Below, in pieces: positions 1-7,965 of a stretch of 38,048 nt of DNA (positions are counted from its first letter, which is position 1; every line of letters starts with the position of its first letter). The notes under the pieces were generated by a model that was not told where the DNA came from, searched no databases, and saw only the letters and a list, made by a program, of their open reading frames with translations. Source of the DNA: a virus (taxonomy: Duplodnaviria; Caudoviricetes); the IMG/VR virus record IMGVR_UViG_3300020045_009047, positions 1 to 38,048 of that record; one strand, written 5' to 3'. The position numbers and the translations under genes are program-made.

Positions 1-30
1 TGTTTTCTGTGTTACTCCTAACCAACTTGC
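1..30 (-). repeat. Exact 30-bp inverted copy of transposase-internal sequence 927-956
   Basis: 1-30 TGTTTTCTGTGTTACTCCTAACCAACTTGC is the reverse complement of GCAAGTTGGTTAGGAGTAACACAGAAAACA at 927-956. Confidence 0.95.
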
Positions 31-149
31 AAACCCCTACCAGATAATATCCTTGTACCATCCTTTAAAACAAAACAAGGGATTGAAAGGTCATTAATTT
101 TAAGAGTACCTTCAAATTCTATTTCTTTTATTTTTGATTCATTTATCAT
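18..149 (-). pseudogene. N-terminus of a P63C-domain-like protein, truncated at the junction with the inverted segment
   Basis: Manual translation gives MINESKIKEIEFEGTLKINDLSIPCFVLKDGTRILSGRGLQ|VG*. The G.L.I....IPC.VL.DG.R.LS.RG motif is typical of P63C-protein N-termini. The ATG overlaps the TGA of ORF 146-538 (ATGA). Confidence 0.7.
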
Positions 150-538
150 GGTAATTCTTTTATTAGTTCACTTGAAATAATGTCAAAATTCTTTTTATCC
201 AACTTTATTTTATTTGTCATTAACCACGCTGTATCTTTTGTAACTTTTAAAATATCACCCAAATCTCTTGCAGAAATGGATGGGGAATTAGATAATAATC
301 TTATAGCTAAAAACCATTTCCTCAAATCGCACTTTGTTCGATGAAACATTGTCCCAACAGTAACACTAAAACTAGAGTTACACTTGTTACAATGATACCT
401 TTCTTCCCGTTTTGAAATAGAAAAGAATTGTGTTTTACAGTATGGGCATACTGGTTCATTCTCCCATAGTATCTTCTCTAAAAATTCTATGCACATTTTA
501 TGTGTCTTAAACCTAGATGTTATATTTTTTATTTTCAT
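146..538 (-). CDS. IS1595 transposase N-terminal-only protein (Zn ribbon + HTH, no DDE domain)
   Basis: Motifs PVCPYC...YHCNKC..FSVTVGTMFHRTK..LRKWFLAI and ISARDL...LKVTKDTAW align by eye with the first ~120 aa of the 307-aa transposase; the protein stops before the DETY motif. Confidence 0.85.
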   Translation of the reverse strand: MKIKNITSRFKTHKMCIEFLEKILWENEPVCPYCKTQFFSISKREERYHCNKCNSSFSVTVGTMFHRTKCDLRKWFLAIRLLSNSPSISARDLGDILKVTKDTAWLMTNKIKLDKKNFDIISSELIKELP

Positions 539-614
539 GTCCTAGATAAAGGTTGGTATAAAATTAAAGATAAATTTTGAAACTTAAAATAAACTCCCTA
601 CCTTTATCTAAGAC
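539..614. promoter_or_regulatory. Divergent intergenic region bounded by a 15-bp imperfect inverted repeat
   Basis: GTCCTAGATAAAGGT (539-553) and ACCTTTATCTAAGAC (600-614) are 14/15 complementary and lie just upstream of the two divergent IS1595 ORFs. Confidence 0.6.
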
Positions 615-626
615 AATTTAAAACAA

Positions 627-1550
627 ATGAAAACATTCAAATCAATATTAGACTTTCAAAAGGAATTTAACAGCGAGGATAAATGCCGTGAGTATTTAGA
701 GCAACAACGTTGGGATGGTACACCTGCTTGCCCGTTTTGTGGCTCATTAAACGTACATCGTTTTCCTAATGGTAAAATATTCAAGTGCAGGGAAAAACAA
801 TGCAGAAGTAAGTTTTCTGTAACTGTAGGAACAATTTACGAGAACACTAAAATACCATTGGCAAAATGGTTTTTAGCTACCTATATTTTATCAGTTCATA
901 GCAAAGGAATTAGCAGTTTACAGTTAGCAAGTTGGTTAGGAGTAACACAGAAAACAGCATGGCATTTAAACCACCGTATTCGTGAAATGCTGACTGATAA
1001 AGCCCCTGAATTACTGGAAGGTATTGTTGAGTGTGATGAAACCTATGTAGGAGGTAAATTAAAAAATATTCATGCTAAAAAGAAAGAAGCATTAAAAGGG
1101 CTGGATAATAAAACTATGGTTTTTGGTGCTGTTGAACGTGGCGGCAAAGTGAGGACAAAAGTAATACCTCAAACTAATTTAGAAAACGTTACAGATGCAA
1201 TAGAAAACTTTATAGCATTGGATAGTACTATGGTAACAGATGAACATCATGCCTATAAAAAAGTAGGTCAAAAGTATGTTCATAAAACCGTTAACCATAA
1301 GGAGAAAGAGTATGTACGCAAAGAAGATATACTAGTACATACTAACAACATTGAAGGGTACTGGAATATTTTGAAAAAACAAATTGACGGTATCCATCAT
1401 TCAGTTAGCCCAAAGCATTTACAACGCTATTGTAATGAATCAGGTTTTAGATATAATAACAGGGCATTGTTACAGGATGAACGTTTTGCTGCTGCATTGG
1501 CTAATTGCAATGGTTCTTTAAAGTATAAAGCATTAACAGGCAAATTATGA
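627..1550 (+). CDS. IS1595-family DDE transposase
   Basis: Zn ribbon CPFC...CREKQC, HTH KGISSLQLA..LGVTQKTAW, catalytic motifs VECDETYVGG, VTDE and HTNNIEGYW, and C-terminal SPKHLQRYCNE..FRYN. Confidence 0.96.
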   Translation: MKTFKSILDFQKEFNSEDKCREYLEQQRWDGTPACPFCGSLNVHRFPNGKIFKCREKQCRSKFSVTVGTIYENTKIPLAKWFLATYILSVHSKGISSLQLASWLGVTQKTAWHLNHRIREMLTDKAPELLEGIVECDETYVGGKLKNIHAKKKEALKGLDNKTMVFGAVERGGKVRTKVIPQTNLENVTDAIENFIALDSTMVTDEHHAYKKVGQKYVHKTVNHKEKEYVRKEDILVHTNNIEGYWNILKKQIDGIHHSVSPKHLQRYCNESGFRYNNRALLQDERFAAALANCNGSLKYKALTGKL

Positions 1551-1756
1551 CAGACGGACAATTATTAAAAGCAATGGGCGCAAAACTAAAAGCTGCAAGG
1601 ATAGCTAAAATGTGGTCGTACCCTAGATTAGCAAAAGAAACGGGATTGAATATGTCTAACCTTTGGTTTATAGAGCAAGGTACCGTTAACCTTCATTTAT
1701 TAACTCTTAAAAAACTTGCTGATACATTAGGTGTAGATGTAAAGGATTTTCTGTAA
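1547..1756 (+). CDS. XRE-family HTH transcriptional regulator
   Basis: MGAKLKAARIAK.WS...LA..TGL..SNL..IEQG..N..L.TLKKLADTLGV; overlaps the 3' end of the transposase gene by 4 nt. Confidence 0.9.
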   Translation: MTDGQLLKAMGAKLKAARIAKMWSYPRLAKETGLNMSNLWFIEQGTVNLHLLTLKKLADTLGVDVKDFL

Positions 1757-1759
1757 AAA

Positions 1760-2206
1760 TTAGTGCCCCTGCGGGTCTGTCATTAATTTTATAAATATAG
1801 AAGAAAAACGCACATTTACAATCCAAGTAAATGAAATAATATAAATCAATAAGGCATATGCCAAGTTCCTTTCATTATGTGTATGGTTAATACTTGACAG
1901 AATTGGTAAAATAAAATAAATAGAGATACTTATAAGGTTTGAATATAATGCAGTTTTAAGATAGTTATTTAGCATAGGGTAGTAACCAGCTTCTTTTAAA
2001 AATTTCATTCTTCTGGTATTAATGCTATTAATAAGAGTTAATATGGTTAATAAAAATCCTAATAAAGCCCCACAAATAACCAAAGCTGAATCAAGTATTT
2101 TTTTTATTACTTCATTTAAATTTGGGAGTTTATCTTCAAAATAATAAAACACAATAGCGATTATTAACGCTAAAAAGTACGGATAATATTTTGCTATATT
2201 TTTCAT
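1760..2206 (-). CDS. Integral membrane protein (about 4 TM helices), IS passenger
   Basis: Four hydrophobic stretches (YFLALIIAIVFYYF; ALVICGALLGFLLTILTLI; ALYSNLISISIYFILPIL; LAYALLIYIISFTWIV); starts 6 nt after the stop of the upstream gene. Confidence 0.85.
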   Translation of the reverse strand: MKNIAKYYPYFLALIIAIVFYYFEDKLPNLNEVIKKILDSALVICGALLGFLLTILTLINSINTRRMKFLKEAGYYPMLNNYLKTALYSNLISISIYFILPILSSINHTHNERNLAYALLIYIISFTWIVNVRFSSIFIKLMTDPQGH

Positions 2207-2212
2207 TATTAT

Positions 2213-3112
2213 TTAAGCCTTGACTTTATATATACTTAAGTTCCCTTTGTGCTTATTATAAACTTCCACCAGCTTGCTAAAATGTTCAGGAATGGCAAAT
2301 GTGCTTATTAGCCTTTCAGCAGGTAATGTGAAACTGTCTTTTAACCTTTGCTTTACAAAATCTATGGTTTCACTTCTCCCGTCCTCTGTATGTCTTCCAC
2401 TAATTTTAAGGGTTTTTAATTCATGGCTTTGTTTATACGGCAATAGCCCATTTATCATTTTCCTTATCGTAGTTTTAACTAAGCCCTCATGTTTGTTACC
2501 TACTGACATAGTGCATTCGAGTATCTGAGCATTTGTTTTGTCTGTCGCTCCAATTAACTGTTCTACTGATTTGTTTGTACTTTTAAATACGGTACCATTT
2601 TCAATTCTTGCAACCTTTACCTGTAGCTTTGTAAAGAATCCAAATTTTAAATACTTGGTATATTCAACGGGGTTTATAACTACTCCTGGCTCTAATTCAG
2701 GTATACTAAAATTACTTTCTAAGATTGCACATAATACCCCAATTCCAACACTCCCCGACATTGATTCAATCATCACAATTCGTGCAGATGGGTCATACAG
2801 AAAACAAGTTGCAAATCCCAAGCCCTTTTTGTCCCCAAGAGGCAAAACTTCAATATTATTTTCATCATCACAAGATGGAGGGATATTAATTTTTTGATTT
2901 TTAACCAATGCCCCTAAATAAAAGGTACCTCGTTTTTCAATGTTGCCTAAAACTTTAACCTCCCCGTCCCATACGCTTACAGAATTATACTTAGTCGGCA
3001 ACTCCTTAAAAACTTCGCTGATAGCCTCTATATCTTCTGGAGTTTCGTCTGCTTGTGTTGTTGAGAGCTGAAAGAAGCTAAGATTTACTAGTTTATTAAT
3101 GCTGGTAGCCAT
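2213..3112 (-). CDS. Soluble protein resembling the DUF6731/DUF4747-type family, IS passenger (299 aa from ATG 3112)
   Basis: Motifs LPLGDKKGLGFATCFLYDP..RIVMIES...G and C-terminal LKISG......ETIDF...RL recall DUF6731-like proteins that precede 4-TM genes. The start was moved to 3112 because a promoter lies at 3135-3165. Confidence 0.6.
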   Translation of the reverse strand: MATSINKLVNLSFFQLSTTQADETPEDIEAISEVFKELPTKYNSVSVWDGEVKVLGNIEKRGTFYLGALVKNQKINIPPSCDDENNIEVLPLGDKKGLGFATCFLYDPSARIVMIESMSGSVGIGVLCAILESNFSIPELEPGVVINPVEYTKYLKFGFFTKLQVKVARIENGTVFKSTNKSVEQLIGATDKTNAQILECTMSVGNKHEGLVKTTIRKMINGLLPYKQSHELKTLKISGRHTEDGRSETIDFVKQRLKDSFTLPAERLISTFAIPEHFSKLVEVYNKHKGNLSIYKVKA

Positions 3113-3134
3113 CTCTTTGGTGTTAGGTGGGGAC

Positions 3135-3165
3135 CAAAGATATATTATCAGAATTATAAATGCAA
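3135..3165 (-). promoter_or_regulatory. Bacteroidota sigma-A-type promoter for the passenger gene pair
   Basis: Minus strand reads TTG-N20-TATCTTTG (consensus TTTG-N19-21-TAnnTTTG). Confidence 0.6.
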
Positions 3166-3209
3166 TATTTGTTTTTTTATAGTTCATGGTCTAACAGGTA
3201 TATAGTTAC

Positions 3210-3758
3210 CTAAAGTTCCATATACCCCTGCATTTGAAACCAATGCTTGCTACTTAGTTTTGTGGTATGGTTTGGTAAATATGTATGAATACCCCAAGAT
3301 ACCTTTGTATCTACTATTTTATTCTTTTCTTTATTAAATAAATCACATTTGCCATATATAAAGTCATTATAAATAAAATCATCCCCTGTTTCGTAAATAA
3401 TTTTATCTCTTTCTCCTACAATAATAAATGCTTCATTCTCTAAATCATTACCTTTCGTCAATGACGCCCGTTTAGTATGCGTTGAAATAGTGCCTTTATT
3501 ATACTTTTCCCATGAATACCTTGTAAGTAAGTGTTTTTTAGCTGCGGCAGATAGCGGTGGGTCATTAAATCTCAACCGTTTATTTCTTAAAATTAATAGT
3601 GTTTCCAAATCTTTTTCATTTGGTTCTTCTTTCTCCATTAATTTATTAAATGTAACTAACTGTTTTGGGGTTAAATCTCTGCATCCTACTGGCTTTGTCA
3701 TTATTGAACTTATTGCAGAGCATGAAACTTTGAAGTTTGACCAATCTTTGTATCTCAT
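3210..3758 (-). pseudogene. YqaJ/lambda-exonuclease-like (PD-(D/E)XK) gene truncated by the IS
   Basis: Motifs KGNDLENEA, GKCDL, IVDTKVSW and HWFQMQGYMEL*. It is paralogous to 5120-5866 but lacks the C-terminal ~95 aa. The stop TAG uses the first G of the IS end. Start is probably ATG 3758, since the longer ORF overlaps a terminator. Confidence 0.8.
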
Positions 3759-3764
3759 AAAAAT

Positions 3765-3862
3765 AAAAAACCGCAACATGGTAGGAGGGTTGCGGTAATT
3801 TAAACCATTATAGTGTGGTTAGACACGTCTGAATTACTTTCCTACCATAGAAATAATTCAGA
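3765..3862 (-). promoter_or_regulatory. Structured leader: two hairpins with complementary loops, the second an intrinsic terminator
   Basis: On the minus strand, hairpin TCTGAATTA/TAATTCAGA encloses ATGGTAGGA, and terminator ACCGCAAC/GTTGCGGT+T5 encloses TCCTACCAT. Confidence 0.7.
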
Positions 3863-3871
3863 AATGCAGTA

Positions 3872-3902
3872 CAAAAATACTGAATTTTATAAAACAAACA
3901 AA
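3872..3902 (-). promoter_or_regulatory. Bacteroidota-type promoter
   Basis: Minus strand reads TTTG-N19-TATTTTTG directly upstream of the structured leader. Confidence 0.65.
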
Positions 3903-4280
3903 TTATTTCATTAATTCTTTAGAAGTTAAGTGCCACCCGCCACATTTTTCACAATAATAGTACCTTATTGGTTTCTTTTCATTCTCTGATTTTGCAGTAG
4001 ATTGTATTCGATGCAACTCCTTACTGGCTTCTCTTTCAGTTAGGTATAAGTATTTAGTACATGGCATTGTTACTAATGGTATCCCTGTAGCTTTTGTGAT
4101 GCCATTTCCTTGTTTTAATTGCTCTATATTTTCTTCTATGTATGATTTTATTTCGGGATGATTATTCATTGTATTTTTATCCCCGTAAATACCCAAAAGA
4201 TAAGATGAGGGTAATCTGCATAAAGCTGTCCACTTGTATTTCCCAAAAGGGATAAGCCAATTATTATATAGTCCTGCCAT
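3903..4280 (-). CDS. Hypothetical protein with DUF3820-like PFGKYK N-terminus and C-terminal Zn-binding motif
   Basis: IPFGKYK....LPSSYL and PIRYYYCEKCGGWHLTS. Confidence 0.75.
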   Translation of the reverse strand: MAGLYNNWLIPFGKYKWTALCRLPSSYLLGIYGDKNTMNNHPEIKSYIEENIEQLKQGNGITKATGIPLVTMPCTKYLYLTEREASKELHRIQSTAKSENEKKPIRYYYCEKCGGWHLTSKELMK

Positions 4281-4288
4281 TGTATGTA

Positions 4289-4534
4289 CTATTTATGAGT
4301 TATGCAAGTTTTTTTGAGTATTTCAAATAGATTATTTGCTGAAATTGATATTTTAAAATCTTTGCCGTCAGATATAGTAATAAATCCGCCTGTTAATTGT
4401 ATTAAATATCCATTACCGTCTTTTATAAATGGCTTATCTATTGGTTCTGTTATTTGAGCCAAAGCCCTTTCTTTAAGTATTTTTAATAGCTTTTTATCAT
4501 AAAGCATGCTTTTAAGTACATCATTATCGTCCAT
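4289..4534 (-). CDS. Hypothetical phage protein
   Basis: ORF in a tightly packed minus-strand run with an A-rich leader. Confidence 0.7.
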   Translation of the reverse strand: MDDNDVLKSMLYDKKLLKILKERALAQITEPIDKPFIKDGNGYLIQLTGGFITISDGKDFKISISANNLFEILKKTCITHK

Positions 4535-4546
4535 TGTATTTATTAT

Positions 4547-4768
4547 TTATATTTTTTCTAAATCACTCTCATAAAATGCACCCCAACAACCATTTTCAGC
4601 TACTATCACATTTTTTTCTTGCTTAAATATTTCTATGCCCTTTGATGTTAGTTGTCTTTTCCCATGCTCAATTATAGCAGATTCAAGTTCAGGGGTATCT
4701 TTATATAAACTTTGAGAATGTGCATCCTTACTACTAAGTTCCCAATGAGCAATTACTATTCTATCCAT
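4547..4768 (-). CDS. Hypothetical phage protein
   Basis: ORF in a tightly packed minus-strand run. Confidence 0.7.
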   Translation of the reverse strand: MDRIVIAHWELSSKDAHSQSLYKDTPELESAIIEHGKRQLTSKGIEIFKQEKNVIVAENGCWGAFYESDLEKI

Positions 4769-4789
4769 TGTATTATGTATTTAGATTGG

Positions 4790-5089
4790 TTATTTAAAAC
4801 TTATACTCATTTCACATTTATTATTGCCATTTACTATTAATTGTATGCCTGTTACATCATTTTCATTATATCCTAAATATCCTAATACTAATGATTTAAT
4901 GTTGCGATTAAACTCTTCTCTTTTAATTTCTGATATTAATTGCCTATAGCATGACTGTAATTCTTCATCTTCTGTTAATTCCATTTTTTGATGCTCCCAC
5001 TTATTATTTTCAAAATTCATTTTACCAACAGATATTGGGCTACATATTACCATTGTACTATCGCCTCTTTTAACTGTAATACTTTTCAT
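4790..5089 (-). CDS. Hypothetical phage protein
   Basis: ORF in a tightly packed minus-strand run. Confidence 0.7.
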   Translation of the reverse strand: MKSITVKRGDSTMVICSPISVGKMNFENNKWEHQKMELTEDEELQSCYRQLISEIKREEFNRNIKSLVLGYLGYNENDVTGIQLIVNGNNKCEMSISFK

Positions 5090-5119
5090 GTGTTTATTAT
5101 TAAATTTTTACTGAAATAT

Positions 5120-5866
5120 TTATTTTGGGTACTGATTCATGTGTTTTTCGTGAAATTCTTGTAGCCAAGTTCTCAAAACGGGAACTTTGTCCTTCATTTT
5201 TTGGATTAATTCATCATTTCTTGGTATTGGGATTTTAATTACCCTCTCTCGGTAGTCAATGTCGTTGGAAAAGACCATTAATCGTTCCAGTTCTTCGGCT
5301 GCTTTGATGTATTCAGGGCTTTCTTCGCTTATTACGTTCATTTGGTAGAGTAATTTACGTTTCTCACTCTCTATAATGGATAAAGGTGCATCTACAAGGC
5401 AGTAAACAAGGCTTCCTGACGGGGAATTACACAAATCATAATAGACGTTCAACTGCGCTTCGTAGCCTTTATCGGGCGTTTCTATGAGTTTAGGCATAAA
5501 TGAATCCAACTCAAACGATGTCTTAATGTCGTTCACTTCATCTGCGTTATGGATGCTTTCACCTAAGAATATGTCGGGATGTCCCGTAAACCATTCATTT
5601 TCGAGTGATTCTTCGTTCTTAAAATACCATTTGCCTTCTACTTGACTGAATAGTTTGATACTATCATCTTCGGCTAAGATACCTTTCTCCATCTGTTTAG
5701 TGGTAATATCCTTTACCCTTCCATATACTTCCCTGTTGTATATCTTTATTAGTTCCTTTTGGCAGGTTAATGATAGCTTACCTGATTCTTTATCGGCTTT
5801 ACTTACGGGTTCACTAAGGAGGTTGCCCCAAGATGATGCCCTGAATTTTGTTTTACTAAAGTCCAT
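5120..5866 (-). CDS. YqaJ/lambda-exonuclease-like recombination nuclease
   Basis: FRASSWGNL, MEKGILAEDDSI, WFTGHPDI, VNDIKTSF and YEAQLNVY match PD-(D/E)XK exonuclease motifs. Confidence 0.88.
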   Translation of the reverse strand: MDFSKTKFRASSWGNLLSEPVSKADKESGKLSLTCQKELIKIYNREVYGRVKDITTKQMEKGILAEDDSIKLFSQVEGKWYFKNEESLENEWFTGHPDIFLGESIHNADEVNDIKTSFELDSFMPKLIETPDKGYEAQLNVYYDLCNSPSGSLVYCLVDAPLSIIESEKRKLLYQMNVISEESPEYIKAAEELERLMVFSNDIDYRERVIKIPIPRNDELIQKMKDKVPVLRTWLQEFHEKHMNQYPK

Positions 5867-6188
5867 TGGTTTCTGGTTTTAAATTTTTAGCTATCTTATC
5901 TTTCATTTCATTGTAGCATACCATAACTTCCTCAAAGTTCATCTCGTCTATTTTTTGGTAATCTTCATTAACTATTTTTAGAAACCCAAGTAACGCCAAT
6001 AATTCGCTATCATAAAATGCTTCGCCAAATTTTAATCCAAATCCTATACCCGAATCTCCTGATATGGTAGCCCAACACCATTTTCTTGTTTCTTTATCTC
6101 CAATTCCAATCATTTTATACACGTTCATTACTACTTTATTTTCATCAGATGGGATGTACCCTGATATACAATATATACTCTTATCCAT
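5856..6188 (-). CDS. Hypothetical phage protein
   Basis: Overlaps the start of the exonuclease gene; operon-like packing. Confidence 0.7.
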   Translation of the reverse strand: MDKSIYCISGYIPSDENKVVMNVYKMIGIGDKETRKWCWATISGDSGIGFGLKFGEAFYDSELLALLGFLKIVNEDYQKIDEMNFEEVMVCYNEMKDKIAKNLKPETNGL

Positions 6189-6192
6189 GTTA

Positions 6193-6594
6193 TTACTGTT
6201 TATTGGTTAAAAAATTAAGGTGGTTATCAAATGTTTCCTGTAGGTGTTGGTTATTTTTTACTAATAGTTTAAAAGTGTTAAGTTCTTCAATGGTGGTGCA
6301 GTCGGTTAAGTACTTCTTTTGTTGTTCTTCTTTGGTTAGTTTTGTGGGTGGTGGCTCGTCTGCTTTTATATCTACTATTGGTACGATTACATTGTCTGCT
6401 ACTACTGAATGGGTTTCAGGAAATGGGCTTTGTGGAAGATTGGAGGCATAGAACTTATCTACTATCTCTTTGGCTTCTTTTAAACATTCATCGGGAGATT
6501 GTCCAGTTTCAACTAATATCTCTATACCTATCCTTTCATTTAAGTAAGGGGCATAAGGGAATAGCTTCTCGTATATTACTTTGTGGTAACTCAT
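6193..6594 (-). CDS. Hypothetical phage protein (recombination-module neighbour)
   Basis: N-terminal YEKLF....YLNERIGIE, a Pro-rich linker and a C-terminal CTTIEEL helix bundle. Confidence 0.75.
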   Translation of the reverse strand: MSYHKVIYEKLFPYAPYLNERIGIEILVETGQSPDECLKEAKEIVDKFYASNLPQSPFPETHSVVADNVIVPIVDIKADEPPPTKLTKEEQQKKYLTDCTTIEELNTFKLLVKNNQHLQETFDNHLNFLTNKQ

Positions 6595-6773
6595 AGTATC
6601 TGTTTTAGGTGTTGTTTAACTTGTAATAATGCTTCTTCTTGGGAGTAATAATTGTATCTCTTTAGCTTTCTTCTACACTTCCAATATAGATAAGTGGGAA
6701 ACCATAGGTAGATTAAAGACTGTAAGAAGGTGCAACTCTTTATCTCAAACTCTATTATGTCTATTAGCTTCAT
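6591..6773 (-). CDS. Small hypothetical protein
   Basis: 4-nt overlaps with both neighbours (ATGA coupling). Confidence 0.65.
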   Translation of the reverse strand: MKLIDIIEFEIKSCTFLQSLIYLWFPTYLYWKCRRKLKRYNYYSQEEALLQVKQHLKQIL

Positions 6774-7834
6774 TGTATGTTTATTTTAGTGTTAGCTAAT
6801 TTTTTTATGATTACGAATGGAACTTGAACAGACGCATACTGATTATATTCCTTGAACACATCTTCCACTTCTTTTAAACTTAGGCAAGGCTTATTTTCAA
6901 TACAAAATTGTTCTGCTGCTTCTTTGGTGGAAAATATTTTATCATCCCCTTTATTCCATAGTGTAGCCTCCCACGCATTATTGCAATCATCGGATAAAAT
7001 CCCCCATGTTTTATTATCTACAGAGTAAAGATGTTCGCCTCCATAAACATTAACCCCATCGTAAGTTATAAAAAGTACAGGCTTTTGTTCTTCTTTGGGT
7101 GCTTTTTTTAGGTTGTCATCTATAAATTCACAATGGTCGCATGAGTTACTTCTTGCCAATAATGTTCCATCATCTTTAAGTAAAAAGTTCCCTATTTCCC
7201 AATTTGGATTAGTTTTTTCTTTAAAGAATACCATATCCCCTACAGTAAACACTTCATTGTCGCTTTTTCTTCTGACTGATTTAATTGGGCATCCACACTC
7301 CCCAACAGATGAATGTAAATCTCTTTTGTCATGTAAATAATCTACTATCTCCCAATCAGGGTTATCTTCTTTAGTGTCCTGTGGTTGGGTTTTTAAATCT
7401 GTATTATCAACAGTTTGCCTTGTATCATAAGGCGCAAATAATACCTCTGCTTGCTTATTTATTTTATCCATTTTAATTCTCTCTTGCTGCTGTAGCCATG
7501 TTTCATTATTCAACACTTGCTCTATTGCTAGTTTAATGGCATCATATTTATCTGGATGAATACGCCCTCTTGTAAGAAAATTATACCAAATCGCTTTACT
7601 ACTTTCTGAACTTGAATGAAAGTCATAAATTTTTATTCTTTCTTCTATGGGCTGCTGCTTTTCTTTAAACCATGCAACATCCTTTTCTACAAATTCAGTT
7701 GGAAACCATGTCTGATATTCATCTATACTACGATACCCTGCACATGAATCATCTTCTGTAAACAATGTCCCACTTTTACAAGTTGGCAAATCTTTTAGCA
7801 GTACATATACCTTTGGTTGTGTGTTAGTGTTCAT
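6770..7834 (-). CDS. Hypothetical multi-domain phage protein
   Basis: 354-aa ORF containing IKSVRRKSDNEVFTVGD, a motif I associate with Bacteroidota phage hypotheticals. Confidence 0.8.
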   Translation of the reverse strand: MNTNTQPKVYVLLKDLPTCKSGTLFTEDDSCAGYRSIDEYQTWFPTEFVEKDVAWFKEKQQPIEERIKIYDFHSSSESSKAIWYNFLTRGRIHPDKYDAIKLAIEQVLNNETWLQQQERIKMDKINKQAEVLFAPYDTRQTVDNTDLKTQPQDTKEDNPDWEIVDYLHDKRDLHSSVGECGCPIKSVRRKSDNEVFTVGDMVFFKEKTNPNWEIGNFLLKDDGTLLARSNSCDHCEFIDDNLKKAPKEEQKPVLFITYDGVNVYGGEHLYSVDNKTWGILSDDCNNAWEATLWNKGDDKIFSTKEAAEQFCIENKPCLSLKEVEDVFKEYNQYASVQVPFVIIKKLANTKINIQ

Positions 7835-7959
7835 TATTTACGTTTTTTATTTTTATAGATAATAGGGTACTCGTCTTTTATTTTACTTAATTTAAACAAC
7901 AGCAATGCTATAACCAAAAGACAAGCAATAATAGCAAAGCCTAATAGTACTTCATACAT
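7834..7959 (-). CDS. Small single-TM protein (41 aa, not in the ORF track)
   Basis: MYEVLLGFAIIACLLVIALLLFKLSKIKDEYPIIYKNKKRK*; the stop overlaps the next ATG (TAATG). Confidence 0.65.
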   Translation of the reverse strand: MYEVLLGFAIIACLLVIALLLFKLSKIKDEYPIIYKNKKRK

Positions 7960-7965
7960 GATAGA

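Larger units (their letters stand above)
1..3210 (+). mobile_element. IS1595-family element with passenger genes (right part; left end outside the window)
   Basis: Full IS1595 transposase at 627-1550. The putative right end reads GGTAACTATATACC inward from 3210 on the minus strand, resembling the ggnnatTAT-type ends I recall for the ISNwi1 subgroup. This end falls exactly where the neighbouring exonuclease gene is cut off. Confidence 0.75.

Noticed and set aside
2274-2897. Plus-strand ORFs 2274-2528 and 2538-2897
   Set aside because: They are antisense shadows of the 2213-3112 gene with no motifs. The same applies to 3490, 5655, 6086, 6342, 7095, 8904, 10741, 10848, 12510, 13925, 15927, 16920, 17477, 21532, 23973, 24010, 26550, 31362 and 33264; 19113 is a same-strand alternative frame.
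4270-4780. ATACAATGG repeated at the starts of three consecutive genes
   Set aside because: The motif is short and AT-rich and is explained by shared translation-initiation context.
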